64,000 nt of DNA from a virus. The notes below the pieces were generated by a model, which was not told the DNA's origin, made no database searches, and worked only from the letters and a program-made list of their open reading frames with translations. The translations under genes were made by a program, and so were the position numbers. The stretch covers positions 1-64,000 of IMG/VR virus record IMGVR_UViG_3300032116_000125, one strand, 5' to 3'. Of the stretch, positions 18,372 through 27,967 are shown piece after piece (positions within the stretch are counted from its first letter, which is position 1; every line of letters begins with the position of its first letter).

Positions 18372-18911
18372 ATGGATGTCCGGCGCGAACTGTCCATGAT
18401 TAGGAAGCATTACGCTTCCTACCAGAAGCAATCTGGCGAAGCCATTACTTGGTTTGAGTTCATCCCCTTGGGCGCCAGCGCCTCCGCCACCAGCCTGTAT
18501 GACGATATCTACGATGAGGGTACCCCCAGCACTGGTGGGCGTCGGTACAAGGCTGGCGTGACTGTTCCGGTGCTCATGATCACCGAATCCGAGGACCAGA
18601 AGCGTGCCATCCCCGAGGGTCGCCAGCCCGTCCAGTTGGTCAACTTTGTCGCCTCCCTTGACGACTTCCGGGCGGCTGGAGTAACGGCCCCGTGGGAGTA
18701 CCAGCCCCGCCTGAACGACATGTTCCTGTATGACGGTCGGTACTTCAGCGTGGTGTCCTACCGTGTCCGAGGCCGCGCCCGGGACGATGTCATGCTTGTC
18801 GTTGAGGGTATTGAGACGTACATTTCTCAGGAAATGGTTAATGATGTGGGGCCTGCTACATACACCACAAATAATTACCCTTGGCCTACAACACTCGCAA
18901 ATTTGGGCTAA
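18372..18911 (+). CDS. putative head-closure/neck protein
   Basis: synteny; DMFLYDGRYFSV beta-rich motif. Confidence 0.55.
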   Translation: MDVRRELSMIRKHYASYQKQSGEAITWFEFIPLGASASATSLYDDIYDEGTPSTGGRRYKAGVTVPVLMITESEDQKRAIPEGRQPVQLVNFVASLDDFRAAGVTAPWEYQPRLNDMFLYDGRYFSVVSYRVRGRARDDVMLVVEGIETYISQEMVNDVGPATYTTNNYPWPTTLANLG

Positions 18912-18973
18912 AATAACACTGCTAGGGATGTGCGTCCCCGGCACTATTTGCCTAGTTCCGCGAGGAGGTGTTG

Positions 18974-19378
18974 ATGCCTGACTTTTCGTACCCATTAACC
19001 TCGCCGGAACGGGACGCGCTAGAAACCTCCCTGATGTTCCCCGTGCTTGATTTGGTGGGGCAAATACTTGACGAGGAAAGTGGTTTTTGGAGCCAACTTG
19101 ACTCAAACATTGCCGCATTTGAAAAGCAGGTACAGCAGTACGTATCCTCCCTGCCGGGGTGGGAGTCAATAGGGCCCAACCTTCGGGTGGCCTTTGACGC
19201 CGACGATTACGTGCTCGTCTACTTTGTTGACGCTGACGAGCCCACGATTAACAAGTTTAGAGAACTTGAGTACGGGGACGGCATTAGTTCTCCGCAGTAC
19301 GTCATTCGGAGACTGTCCCTAAACCCCGATTACCTAAACCAGATATATGAACAAACAGCGCTGGAGGTATCCCTGTGA
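18974..19378 (+). CDS. hypothetical neck/tail completion protein
   Basis: GAGGAGG RBS; synteny. Confidence 0.5.
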   Translation: MPDFSYPLTSPERDALETSLMFPVLDLVGQILDEESGFWSQLDSNIAAFEKQVQQYVSSLPGWESIGPNLRVAFDADDYVLVYFVDADEPTINKFRELEYGDGISSPQYVIRRLSLNPDYLNQIYEQTALEVSL

Positions 19379-20058
19379 ACACGGGATTCCTGCTGGCAGA
19401 GGACGCGGCTGTTAAGGCACGGTTTTCAGGTATGACGGTGTCAGACGACAAAAATGGGGCACGCCCGGTGCAGGTGTTTTTCCGTTACCCCGAGGGCGAG
19501 ACCGAGAGAATTTATCCATTTATTACTATTGAGGCTATAGACATTGTGCACGCCCTTGAGCGCCAGCATTCTGAGGTCACGATTTATGCCTCCACTAGCA
19601 CCGCGGCATCCGCCCAGATCACGGGCCCCGCGGCCATGACGTACTGGCCGAGTGAGCATTATGACTTTACGCAGTATGTCTCCGACAGCCAACTGGTCGC
19701 CAGTAACGAGTTTTTGCCCGTGGACATCCTGTACCAAGTGTCTACGTACACCCGCTCCGCTATGCACGACCGCCAGTTGACCTCCCAGATGCTTCACAGC
19801 CGAGCCCGCATGCGGTGGGGCTTCATTGACGTACCGGCAGATAACACTGTCCGTAGGTTTGATCTTCTTGATTGGGTTACAGCCGACCTCCTTGACCCGG
19901 AGGCAGGCTACCGAAAAAGAATATTTAGAAAAGTATATACTCTCAAAATGTCAGCAGAAATGACCACACATGATTTGGTTGTGTCCAAGCGTGCGACTCA
20001 AATTCATAGTAGTATTTCTGATACGAACTCCAACCTGTCCGAAACTGTCCAAAACTAA
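19375..20058 (+). CDS. putative tail terminator/completion protein
   Basis: directly upstream of sheath; YPFITI and VDILYQVSTY motifs. Confidence 0.55.
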   Translation: MNTGFLLAEDAAVKARFSGMTVSDDKNGARPVQVFFRYPEGETERIYPFITIEAIDIVHALERQHSEVTIYASTSTAASAQITGPAAMTYWPSEHYDFTQYVSDSQLVASNEFLPVDILYQVSTYTRSAMHDRQLTSQMLHSRARMRWGFIDVPADNTVRRFDLLDWVTADLLDPEAGYRKRIFRKVYTLKMSAEMTTHDLVVSKRATQIHSSISDTNSNLSETVQN

Positions 20059-20076
20059 TCCATTGGAGGATTAACT

Positions 20077-21609
20077 ATGCCTTACACTCGTCCCGGAGTC
20101 TACGTTACTGAGTCTCCTCTTAAGAGCACCGTCCGTCGTAGCGCTGGTACTTCTACCGCCGCGTTTGTCGGTAAGTTGTCCCGTGGTTCCATGAACCCTA
20201 CTTTGATTGATTCGTGGTCTGGTTTTACCTCTAAGTACGGTGAACTCTCGCAGACCAACGATGTGGCCTACGCCGTGTACCAGTTCTTCGCAAACGGTGG
20301 GCGTAATTGCTACGTTTCCCGCGTTGCGTATGCAAATGCCGCCGCCGCAACCGCTGGATCGGTTATGTACTTTACGCCCAGCACGGGTAGCGCCTCGGCT
20401 CGCCTGTTTGGGGCTACGGCCATTGACCCGGGTGTGTTTGGTAACCGTCTGGGCATCGTGAACAGTGCTGGTGTTGTCAGCGCAACGTCCTCGGTGTTGC
20501 CGACCTTCAACCTGTCTGTCCGAGTTGACGGAGTTGAGGTGGAGTTCTGGACTGAGTTGAGCCCGGACCCCGATAACAACCGCTATGCGCCGACGATTGT
20601 CAACACCTACTCCGCCTATGTCAACCTGAATAACTTTGCCTCTGTCAATGCCCATGCTCAGTTTGTGTACTCAAACACGGGAGCCAGTGTCTCTCTTGCT
20701 GGGGGTAGCGATGGAACTGCCGCCGTCTCGGCGCCTGCTGATTGGGATGCCCCGTTCCAGACTGCGTTCACGAAGTTGCTGGATGTCCCGGAGCCGTTGC
20801 TCATCAATGCTGTCGGTCAGTCCCGCACTGAGATTGTGCATGGAGCCCTTCAGTTGGCGGCTGACCGTGGGGATTCGTTTGTGATCATTGACCCTTCGCC
20901 GTCGCCCACGACCGCTGGTGGTGTCACGACAGTGACTAACGCCTACACCACCAACACCAATTACGGTGCGGTGTACTACCCGATGCTGAAGATGACGGAC
21001 CCGGCTAAGACGGGTATTGGCGCGATTCGCAATACCTACCCCGGGGGCGCTGTCGCAGGACTGTACGCCCGCATGGAGTACGAGCGCACTGTCGCAAAGG
21101 CCCCGGCTGGCTATGGTTTTGAAATCCGTAACGCCCTTGGGTTGGTCAATACCTTTACCGAGACCGAGGTAGGTACCCTGTACACCGCGGGTGTGAACAC
21201 TTTTAAGGCAGTTCCCGGAGCAGGAGTTATTGTTCAGGGTGCCCGCACCCTGAAACTGGACCGCCCTGACAAGTACGTTACTGTGCGCCGTTCCTTGAAC
21301 TACGTCAAGTTTGGTGTCTCGGAAATCGCCAAGACGGCACTGTTTGAGCCCAATGACAATCGTCTGTGGAACTCTCTTACGATGCGTATCAACAAGTACT
21401 TGTCTGACTTTTGGGGAGCGGGTGGTCTCAAGGGCCGTACCCCGGACGAGGCGTTTTTCGTGGTTTGTGACAGCACCAATAACACGAACACCACGATTGA
21501 CGATGGGGTCGTCAACATCAGCGTTGGTGTCTCCTTGCTGTACCCCGCAGAGTTCATCGTTATCAATATCAGCCAGTGGCTCGGCGGGGACGCCGCCAAT
21601 AGCATCTAA
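20077..21609 (+). CDS. contractile tail sheath protein
   Basis: RPGVYVTE start, FFANGG, VAKAPAG, GARTL, YVTVRR, FEPND, PAEFI. Confidence 0.95.
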   Translation: MPYTRPGVYVTESPLKSTVRRSAGTSTAAFVGKLSRGSMNPTLIDSWSGFTSKYGELSQTNDVAYAVYQFFANGGRNCYVSRVAYANAAAATAGSVMYFTPSTGSASARLFGATAIDPGVFGNRLGIVNSAGVVSATSSVLPTFNLSVRVDGVEVEFWTELSPDPDNNRYAPTIVNTYSAYVNLNNFASVNAHAQFVYSNTGASVSLAGGSDGTAAVSAPADWDAPFQTAFTKLLDVPEPLLINAVGQSRTEIVHGALQLAADRGDSFVIIDPSPSPTTAGGVTTVTNAYTTNTNYGAVYYPMLKMTDPAKTGIGAIRNTYPGGAVAGLYARMEYERTVAKAPAGYGFEIRNALGLVNTFTETEVGTLYTAGVNTFKAVPGAGVIVQGARTLKLDRPDKYVTVRRSLNYVKFGVSEIAKTALFEPNDNRLWNSLTMRINKYLSDFWGAGGLKGRTPDEAFFVVCDSTNNTNTTIDDGVVNISVGVSLLYPAEFIVINISQWLGGDAANSI

Positions 21610-21617
21610 GGAGAAAT

Positions 21618-22217
21618 ATGGCTCAGTTAATCCGTACCGACCCTCTGCGTGACTTTAAGTTCACAGTGGAGATTGCACCCTTTTCTACCAAGTTGGGGGC
21701 TATTACAAGGGACATCGGAAAACTTGGTTTTGCCGTTGTCTCCGGCCTCAGCGTGAGTAATGAGATGATCCCGTACCGTGAGGGCGGGATGAATACCCAC
21801 CCGCATAAGATGGTCGGCCAGTCTGACTTTGGTCCGATCACCTTTAGCCGTGGTGTGTTTGAGAAGCAAGACCAGTTGTGGCGGTGGCAACAGTTCCTGC
21901 ATTCGTGGACGCAGGCTACCCCGAACGATAACGGTAGTACCGGCGTGGACGATTACCGCTGTGACATTACTGTTAGCGTTTATGACCACCCGCACTCTGC
22001 CGCTGTGGCAACTGAGACCAACGCTGGGTATTCCACTGACCCCGGCACGTTGAACCGTAATGTTGTCCCCGGCAACAAGAAGTTGTCTTTTACCATTTAC
22101 AACGCTTGGCCTGCGGGCTATGCTTTGGGTGACCTCAACGCTGGTAATAGTTCTATTATGATTCAGCAGATGACTGTCAACCACGAAGGATTCACCATTA
22201 ACTGGAATCCGACCTGA
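21618..22217 (+). CDS. tail tube protein (T4 gp19-like)
   Basis: DPLRDFKF, SGL...YREGG, ITFSRG, NAWP, LNAG. Confidence 0.9.
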   Translation: MAQLIRTDPLRDFKFTVEIAPFSTKLGAITRDIGKLGFAVVSGLSVSNEMIPYREGGMNTHPHKMVGQSDFGPITFSRGVFEKQDQLWRWQQFLHSWTQATPNDNGSTGVDDYRCDITVSVYDHPHSAAVATETNAGYSTDPGTLNRNVVPGNKKLSFTIYNAWPAGYALGDLNAGNSSIMIQQMTVNHEGFTINWNPT

Positions 22218-22241
22218 TCCGTACCCCATAAGGAGCATTAA

Positions 22242-23012
22242 ATGTCAGAAGTTAAGAGTCTTGAGTCGTTGGCCGCAACACCTGCGCCAACGATGCCACA
22301 ACCCCCGGACACCGTGGTAACACTTATCCGAGGTATCAGCCTCGGTGATACGTGGTTGGACACGGCTGTAGTTCGTGAAATGACTGGCGCAGATGAAGAG
22401 TTTCTCGCCAACATGGAAACTAAAACGAACGCCAATTATGCCGATTACGTGCTGGCACTACTGAAGCGCACTACGGTGTCTATTGGGAGCCTCAACATCA
22501 AGGAAAACCCAGACATCCTTAACGAGTTGATTATTGGTGACCGTGACCTTCTGTTCTTGAACGTCATCAAAGCAACGTACGGTAATGACCGCGAGTTCAA
22601 GGTGATTTGCCCTCATTGTCAAAAGTCAAACGACCTGCTGGTTGACTTGAGTGCTGACTTCCCGATTGAGGGTGACACCGAGTCGGCCCGTAAGCCCCTC
22701 TCGGTTACTCTCCGTAATGGGGTAGAACTGCTGATTAACCACCCCACCGCTATTGACAGCGCCCATATCGGAAAGTCAAACAAGAATACCGCGCAACAAA
22801 ACACGATGATGATCGCCAAGTGCGCGGTCATTAATGTCCCCAACAAGGAGGAGTGGGCGCGTACCCTGAACGTCGCAGACCGCTCAACCATCATTAACAC
22901 CATTTTTGATGCCAAGATTGGCCCGTCCCCTCGGGAGGTGAATGCCCCGTGCGGCCATTGCGGTGAAACCATCACCCTAATGTTTGACTGGGTCTCACTT
23001 CTATTCGGTTAA
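22242..23012 (+). CDS. tail assembly chaperone (T4 gp26-like, two CxxC motifs)
   Basis: VREMTGADEE, GDRDLL, TYG, CPHC and CGHC; between tube and tape measure. Confidence 0.7.
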   Translation: MSEVKSLESLAATPAPTMPQPPDTVVTLIRGISLGDTWLDTAVVREMTGADEEFLANMETKTNANYADYVLALLKRTTVSIGSLNIKENPDILNELIIGDRDLLFLNVIKATYGNDREFKVICPHCQKSNDLLVDLSADFPIEGDTESARKPLSVTLRNGVELLINHPTAIDSAHIGKSNKNTAQQNTMMIAKCAVINVPNKEEWARTLNVADRSTIINTIFDAKIGPSPREVNAPCGHCGETITLMFDWVSLLFG

Positions 23013-23142
23013 TCTGGATAGTATATACTGGGAATACAACACGATAGCCACTGCTTACAAAGGGTTTTCCTTAACTGAAATGAAGAACATGCCCGTCAGG
23101 GAAAGGGAGTTCTGGGGCAAACTTGCCCAATGGCAATCTTAA
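22984..23142 (+). CDS. tail chaperone extension ORF (frameshift product or TTG start)
   Basis: +1-frame ORF ...SIYWEYNTIATAYKGFSLTEMKNMPVREREFW..., G-T/gp51-like pattern; no RBS. Confidence 0.6.
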   Translation: MTGSHFYSVNLDSIYWEYNTIATAYKGFSLTEMKNMPVREREFWGKLAQWQS

Positions 23143-23157
23143 TAAACGGAGGAAACA

Positions 23158-25998
23158 GTGGCTGAACCGAACATCACAGGATCGGGTAACGATCCGTTTT
23201 CCGACCCGTTTGCTGATCCGTTTGGTCCCGGAGCAACCGCCCCCGTTCAGCGCCCCCGTACCTTCCGTGACCGCGCCCGTGGTGGTATGGAGGGATTTGC
23301 TACATTTGCAAAGGGCGCTGGCGAGTTTGCACGAGCCGCTAGAGAGATACGCCGTGAGGCTAAGGCCGCGGCACGAGACCTTGACGCACTGGACAAGGCC
23401 GCTGGTCGGGCCGGTAGGGGTCTTGGGCGACGCAGAGGAGGGGGAGGGGCTAAGAGCCCAGTTTCCGCTGGTAGCCACGGTCATCCCACTTTAAATAACA
23501 GTTCCCCCGATGACGATACATCAAGCCGTACAAATTATAGTATGGACCCTTCACGGAGTGGTGGGGGCTTCGGTGGCGGTGGGATTGGTATGTACGGGGG
23601 ACAAGCAATCCCCGGCAGAGGCCAGCCCGGTAGTGGGTTTGCTATGGGGGCGATGGCAGTTGGTCAATTCCTTGGGGGACTGACTGGCTCAATGGACGCA
23701 CGCATTGAGCGTGGCTATGTCTATTCATCTTCAGCCGACAAGATGAGTGTCCTGTACCAGCAGATTACTGGAATGAGTAATGCTCAAGTTCGTAATACCT
23801 ACCGTCAACCATTGACTAACTATCGTTTGGGTGAGACTGGTATAAACACGTTGCTCGGTCTTCAAGCATCCACGGGTATTTTGGCTCGCAATCAAGCGTC
23901 GTTTGCCGAGGGTATGCGAACTCTGTCCGGATACAGCCTCAGTACCGAAGACGTTGCAAGCATGCTGGGCAACTTGGGTAGCGCCCAAGTAGCCAACCGC
24001 ATGTTTATGACAACCGGAATGAGTTTGTACAAGCCGGGTGGTGGTCAGCGCTCCGGTACAGAACTCCTACAGCACCTCGCTCGCGCCTCCGGACTTACTG
24101 GGCTTCGTAACCCTGAGTCAGCGCTCCAGCAGGGTAGTAACACCCGAATGCGGCTAGCCGATATGGGTATTGACCAAAAGACACAAGACTTGGTTATTCA
24201 GTACGCCATGGCAAACAAGCAATACCAAGCCAAGCAACCGGGTGCTGGTATGTATGACCCGTCCAACCAGCGCCAGCGTGAACTCATGGGTATTGAGCAG
24301 AACTTCGCTACGCAGATGGAAGAGACCACCCGCGTTAAAGTGAACCGCGAAGAAGACTTTTATGGAAGACAGCAAGACAACTTTGCCAAACTAGAGCAAA
24401 GAACCCAAAGCCTTGAGAAGATGTTTGGTCGTCTAGAAGACCGCTTGTCAGGCATAGTCGGTAAGGGTATTGAAACAAAAAGTGCACGAAATGTACTCGG
24501 AAGCGTCCTTAAGGGTGTTGGCCCTCTAATGTCAATGGCGGGAGCGGCCCTGAGCCTCACTGGCGCCGGGGCGGCTTTTGGAGCACCCCTAATGGTTGCT
24601 GGAGCGGTCGCTACTGCCGCTGGAACTGCCATGGGTCCCGCAGGTGACGGAGCGGCAGGCAGTGGGTCACGGACAGGCACCCCGTCAACTAACGCTACGG
24701 GTACCACAACACTTCAAAAAGTTACTTCACAACAGTCGTTCTCCAGACTTCACCCAACAATGAAAGAGCGGGTTCTTAAACTCATACAGGCATCTGGTGG
24801 TCGGGTTGGGTTTGACAACGGATACCGAGATTCCGCACAACAAGAGTCCATGTTCCGGTCACGGTACGCAGAAAGCGCTGAACCTACTGACATTTTCTGG
24901 GACGGTAAGTACTGGAAGAAAGTGCGTGGGGCAGACGCCGCCCCTCCGGGACGCTCAATGCATGAAATTGGGTTGGCCGCTGACCTCACTGGTGACATGG
25001 AGTGGATTAAGGCTAACGCTGAGCGGTTTGGTCTTAAGCATTTCGCCAACGTAAACGACGAGCCTTGGCACGTTCAACCGTCTGAATTGCCGAATTCTCG
25101 CAGGCAGTACGAAGCCGCTGGAGCGCCGTGGGGTATCCCTGTGGGGGCACGCGCTTTTACCCCCGGTGGTAGCGGTAAAAACGCTGAGCACTCCAGTAGC
25201 GGTGGTTCCGGAACAGACGCTTCCCTGTTTGCGCTTAAGGGCATGACTATGTCCGAAGCAATACGTTCATTCCGCATGATGGGCGCATCAGGCATGTCCA
25301 GTTCCTCTGGCGGAGGTAGGGTTGTTGCTAAACGACGGAACATCACTCAATCTCGGTTTGACGTACCCGCTGATTTCCGCAATGGCGGTATGGCGAAGAG
25401 CAATGTGGATATTGCTCAATGGTCAGCAGACTTTTTGCGCCGAGTGGGAGCCCCCGTAACAACAGCCAACCTTGAATTGATGTCTGCGTGGATCAAGGCT
25501 GAGGGGACTCGTGCATCCTTTAACCCCCTTGCCGTGGTGTCCAAACCACGCGACGGGGCGGAGTCCCTAGGCCAGTGGAGTGACTTCAACAGTACTGGGG
25601 TCAAGAACTTCGCAAACTATGAGCAAGGTATGCGGATGAACGTGTACCACATGCAGAACCACGCCAAGGGCGTGCTTAATGCACTCAGAGGGGGCAAAAA
25701 CCCGTACCAAGTGGCTGAGGCCATAGAAAGAATGTACGCAAATTGGGGAGGGACAACCGCCACTCGGTCGGTGCTCAAGTCCCGAGGAATCAGCGAGACA
25801 GGCGACGGTATGGCACCGTCAGCGCCCAGCATGGGCACCAGTACTACATCTTTCACGGGCGGTACGACATTTAATATTTCTCCTGTAATCAATCTTATGG
25901 GTAGCGGCAACACTCAAGTTGACGCACAGATTATTGCTAGAGAAGTAACCCGCATTATTGAAAATGAAATGCGGTTGCGAGAGTTGAGGAGCGCATAA
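23158..25998 (+). CDS. tape measure protein with M15 (VanY-like) peptidase and lysozyme-like C-terminal domains
   Basis: position; GYRDSAQQ...APPGRSMHEIGLAAD...EPWHVQ; WIKAEG..FNPL..GVKNF. Confidence 0.85.
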   Translation: MAEPNITGSGNDPFSDPFADPFGPGATAPVQRPRTFRDRARGGMEGFATFAKGAGEFARAAREIRREAKAAARDLDALDKAAGRAGRGLGRRRGGGGAKSPVSAGSHGHPTLNNSSPDDDTSSRTNYSMDPSRSGGGFGGGGIGMYGGQAIPGRGQPGSGFAMGAMAVGQFLGGLTGSMDARIERGYVYSSSADKMSVLYQQITGMSNAQVRNTYRQPLTNYRLGETGINTLLGLQASTGILARNQASFAEGMRTLSGYSLSTEDVASMLGNLGSAQVANRMFMTTGMSLYKPGGGQRSGTELLQHLARASGLTGLRNPESALQQGSNTRMRLADMGIDQKTQDLVIQYAMANKQYQAKQPGAGMYDPSNQRQRELMGIEQNFATQMEETTRVKVNREEDFYGRQQDNFAKLEQRTQSLEKMFGRLEDRLSGIVGKGIETKSARNVLGSVLKGVGPLMSMAGAALSLTGAGAAFGAPLMVAGAVATAAGTAMGPAGDGAAGSGSRTGTPSTNATGTTTLQKVTSQQSFSRLHPTMKERVLKLIQASGGRVGFDNGYRDSAQQESMFRSRYAESAEPTDIFWDGKYWKKVRGADAAPPGRSMHEIGLAADLTGDMEWIKANAERFGLKHFANVNDEPWHVQPSELPNSRRQYEAAGAPWGIPVGARAFTPGGSGKNAEHSSSGGSGTDASLFALKGMTMSEAIRSFRMMGASGMSSSSGGGRVVAKRRNITQSRFDVPADFRNGGMAKSNVDIAQWSADFLRRVGAPVTTANLELMSAWIKAEGTRASFNPLAVVSKPRDGAESLGQWSDFNSTGVKNFANYEQGMRMNVYHMQNHAKGVLNALRGGKNPYQVAEAIERMYANWGGTTATRSVLKSRGISETGDGMAPSAPSMGTSTTSFTGGTTFNISPVINLMGSGNTQVDAQIIAREVTRIIENEMRLRELRSA

Positions 25999-27713
25999 TG
26001 GGTAATTCGTATTCTACAAACCAGTGGTATGGGTTGCCCGGAGGTGTAACCGGTGCGCCAACGGGTGGTCTAGCCCGGACGAGCGTAGATAATCCTGAAT
26101 TCTTGTACCCCAAAAAGGTTCGTAAAAACCTTGGGGGTGGGCCCGACAAGGTAATTCAACGGGGGTTCATTCGGTCGCTGTTGACTGAAGTGCCCGGACT
26201 TACTGGTGTTTTACCAAACCGTAGGTTCTTTTTTCAATTTAATCCGGAACGCATCATGCGAAGCGTGTCAGTGTCCAGTGGGATGATGATGCCCTTGCTT
26301 CAGGACGCACAGCAGTTTTCTGTAGCCACGCCGGGAAACTCAACATTTTCATTTGATATTTTCTTAAATCGTGAGGCGGAAGTAAACCAAAACACAACAG
26401 TGTCATCACCTGCTAACGCAGAAAATGTATCACTTGATTTCATTACATCCAATCCTCAGCAGTTTGGTGTTTTGTCAGATTTATCGGTTCTTGACACAGT
26501 TATCGGTCAAGGTGTATCTCAAGACACCGTGGAAGCGTTGGCTAAAATTCAAGCAATTAGTTCCACATGGGAAGCGTCAGACACTACTGGCGGTTCAGTA
26601 TCTGCGCCTTTAACTGAGGCTGACGCCGCGGAGGCACTAGGTAAAGTTTTTGGTAACAGCGCATTTTTAATTAGCACGCCAATACGTATTGTTTTCTCGT
26701 CACTATTTATGGTTGATGGTTTTATTACGGGTTCGGCCGTACAGTTTTCAAAGTTCAGTGAAAACTTAGTTCCAACTATGTGCGCGATTAACTTGACTGT
26801 TGAGGCTAAATACATTGGCTTTGCACGACAGCGCACGTATTTAACTGACGCGCTTAGTAGTATGGTGCCAAACCCCTCTGCTGGTGGTGCGTTACCGCCA
26901 ACTAGCGTGGTAGGGGACACTGAGGAATATAGATACTTGGTTGATATAGTCAAAAAGTTACCTCAATATCAAATATCATTACATGGTACTGATGCAGATG
27001 ATCACAGTAGTCGTTGGGATACATACGATAAAAAGTATGTTGACATAATGCACTACAACACTTTTTTATTTCGTTGTGGTTTTGTCGGTGATCCTGAACA
27101 AGCACAAATATACAGGGAGTTCAATAACGGTAGATACTCAATATCAATTAGCCATAAGCCCTACGTCAAAGTTTGGCGTGCGTATGCTAATGAAGCAGAA
27201 AAAGCCGCCGCTTTTTCTAGTAACATCACACGTTCGTATCAACCACTTGGTATTTCAGGTGGAGTGCCCGACGCAAACGGCATTCAAAAAGATGTAAAAC
27301 TACTGAATGTAGTGGGCGTTAATGCAACTATCACCGACGCGGCGTCGTGGAGGCGATTAGCGAGATATGGTGGTGGTGATGATACTCCGGGCCTTAACCC
27401 CACAGAAGATAGCGCCTACGACAACGTCAATAACATAGTGTGGGAAAACGCAAAAGCCAATCGGGAAACAATCGCTGAAAAAGAGGCTGACAATCTGTAT
27501 TTAAGTCTTCCATCGTACTCATCAATAACAGATGCGGCTAAAAATACTAAACTTTTTGTTGAGTATGGTCTTTATTTGGAAGTAAAACTGTTCTCATCTA
27601 AAACAAGCAGTCGCCCAAGTGTTTTATATATAGAGCAGTCCGGAATAAAAACTGTATTTGCTAAAGATAAATCAGGATTTGTATTTAAAATAGACCCGAG
27701 TCAGGCGAAATAA
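25998..27713 (+). CDS. tail tube initiator/baseplate protein with C-terminal extension
   Basis: FFFQFNPERI...FDIFLNR motif of tube-initiator proteins. Confidence 0.6.
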   Translation: MGNSYSTNQWYGLPGGVTGAPTGGLARTSVDNPEFLYPKKVRKNLGGGPDKVIQRGFIRSLLTEVPGLTGVLPNRRFFFQFNPERIMRSVSVSSGMMMPLLQDAQQFSVATPGNSTFSFDIFLNREAEVNQNTTVSSPANAENVSLDFITSNPQQFGVLSDLSVLDTVIGQGVSQDTVEALAKIQAISSTWEASDTTGGSVSAPLTEADAAEALGKVFGNSAFLISTPIRIVFSSLFMVDGFITGSAVQFSKFSENLVPTMCAINLTVEAKYIGFARQRTYLTDALSSMVPNPSAGGALPPTSVVGDTEEYRYLVDIVKKLPQYQISLHGTDADDHSSRWDTYDKKYVDIMHYNTFLFRCGFVGDPEQAQIYREFNNGRYSISISHKPYVKVWRAYANEAEKAAAFSSNITRSYQPLGISGGVPDANGIQKDVKLLNVVGVNATITDAASWRRLARYGGGDDTPGLNPTEDSAYDNVNNIVWENAKANRETIAEKEADNLYLSLPSYSSITDAAKNTKLFVEYGLYLEVKLFSSKTSSRPSVLYIEQSGIKTVFAKDKSGFVFKIDPSQAK

Positions 27714-27967
27714 TGGCTTACGTTCAAACAACATCACGATACATAAAAACAGTCTCTCAAGACGGTACTTACGAAGCAAGAAGGAAATACTTTAACAATA
27801 AAAAATACTATACGTACACAACAAAAGACGGGGACAGTTTTGATTTAATCGCGCACCGAGTCTTTCAAGACCCAGAAAGGTTCTGGGAGATCGCTGACCT
27901 CAATCCCCATGTGCCATTCCCAGATGAGATTCCTGTTGGAACTACGCTAAGAATCCCCGCAAAATGA
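27713..27967 (+). CDS. LysM/tail-X-like baseplate protein
   Basis: YTTKDGDSFDLIAHRVFQDPERFWEIADLNP...GTTLRIP. Confidence 0.85.
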   Translation: MAYVQTTSRYIKTVSQDGTYEARRKYFNNKKYYTYTTKDGDSFDLIAHRVFQDPERFWEIADLNPHVPFPDEIPVGTTLRIPAK

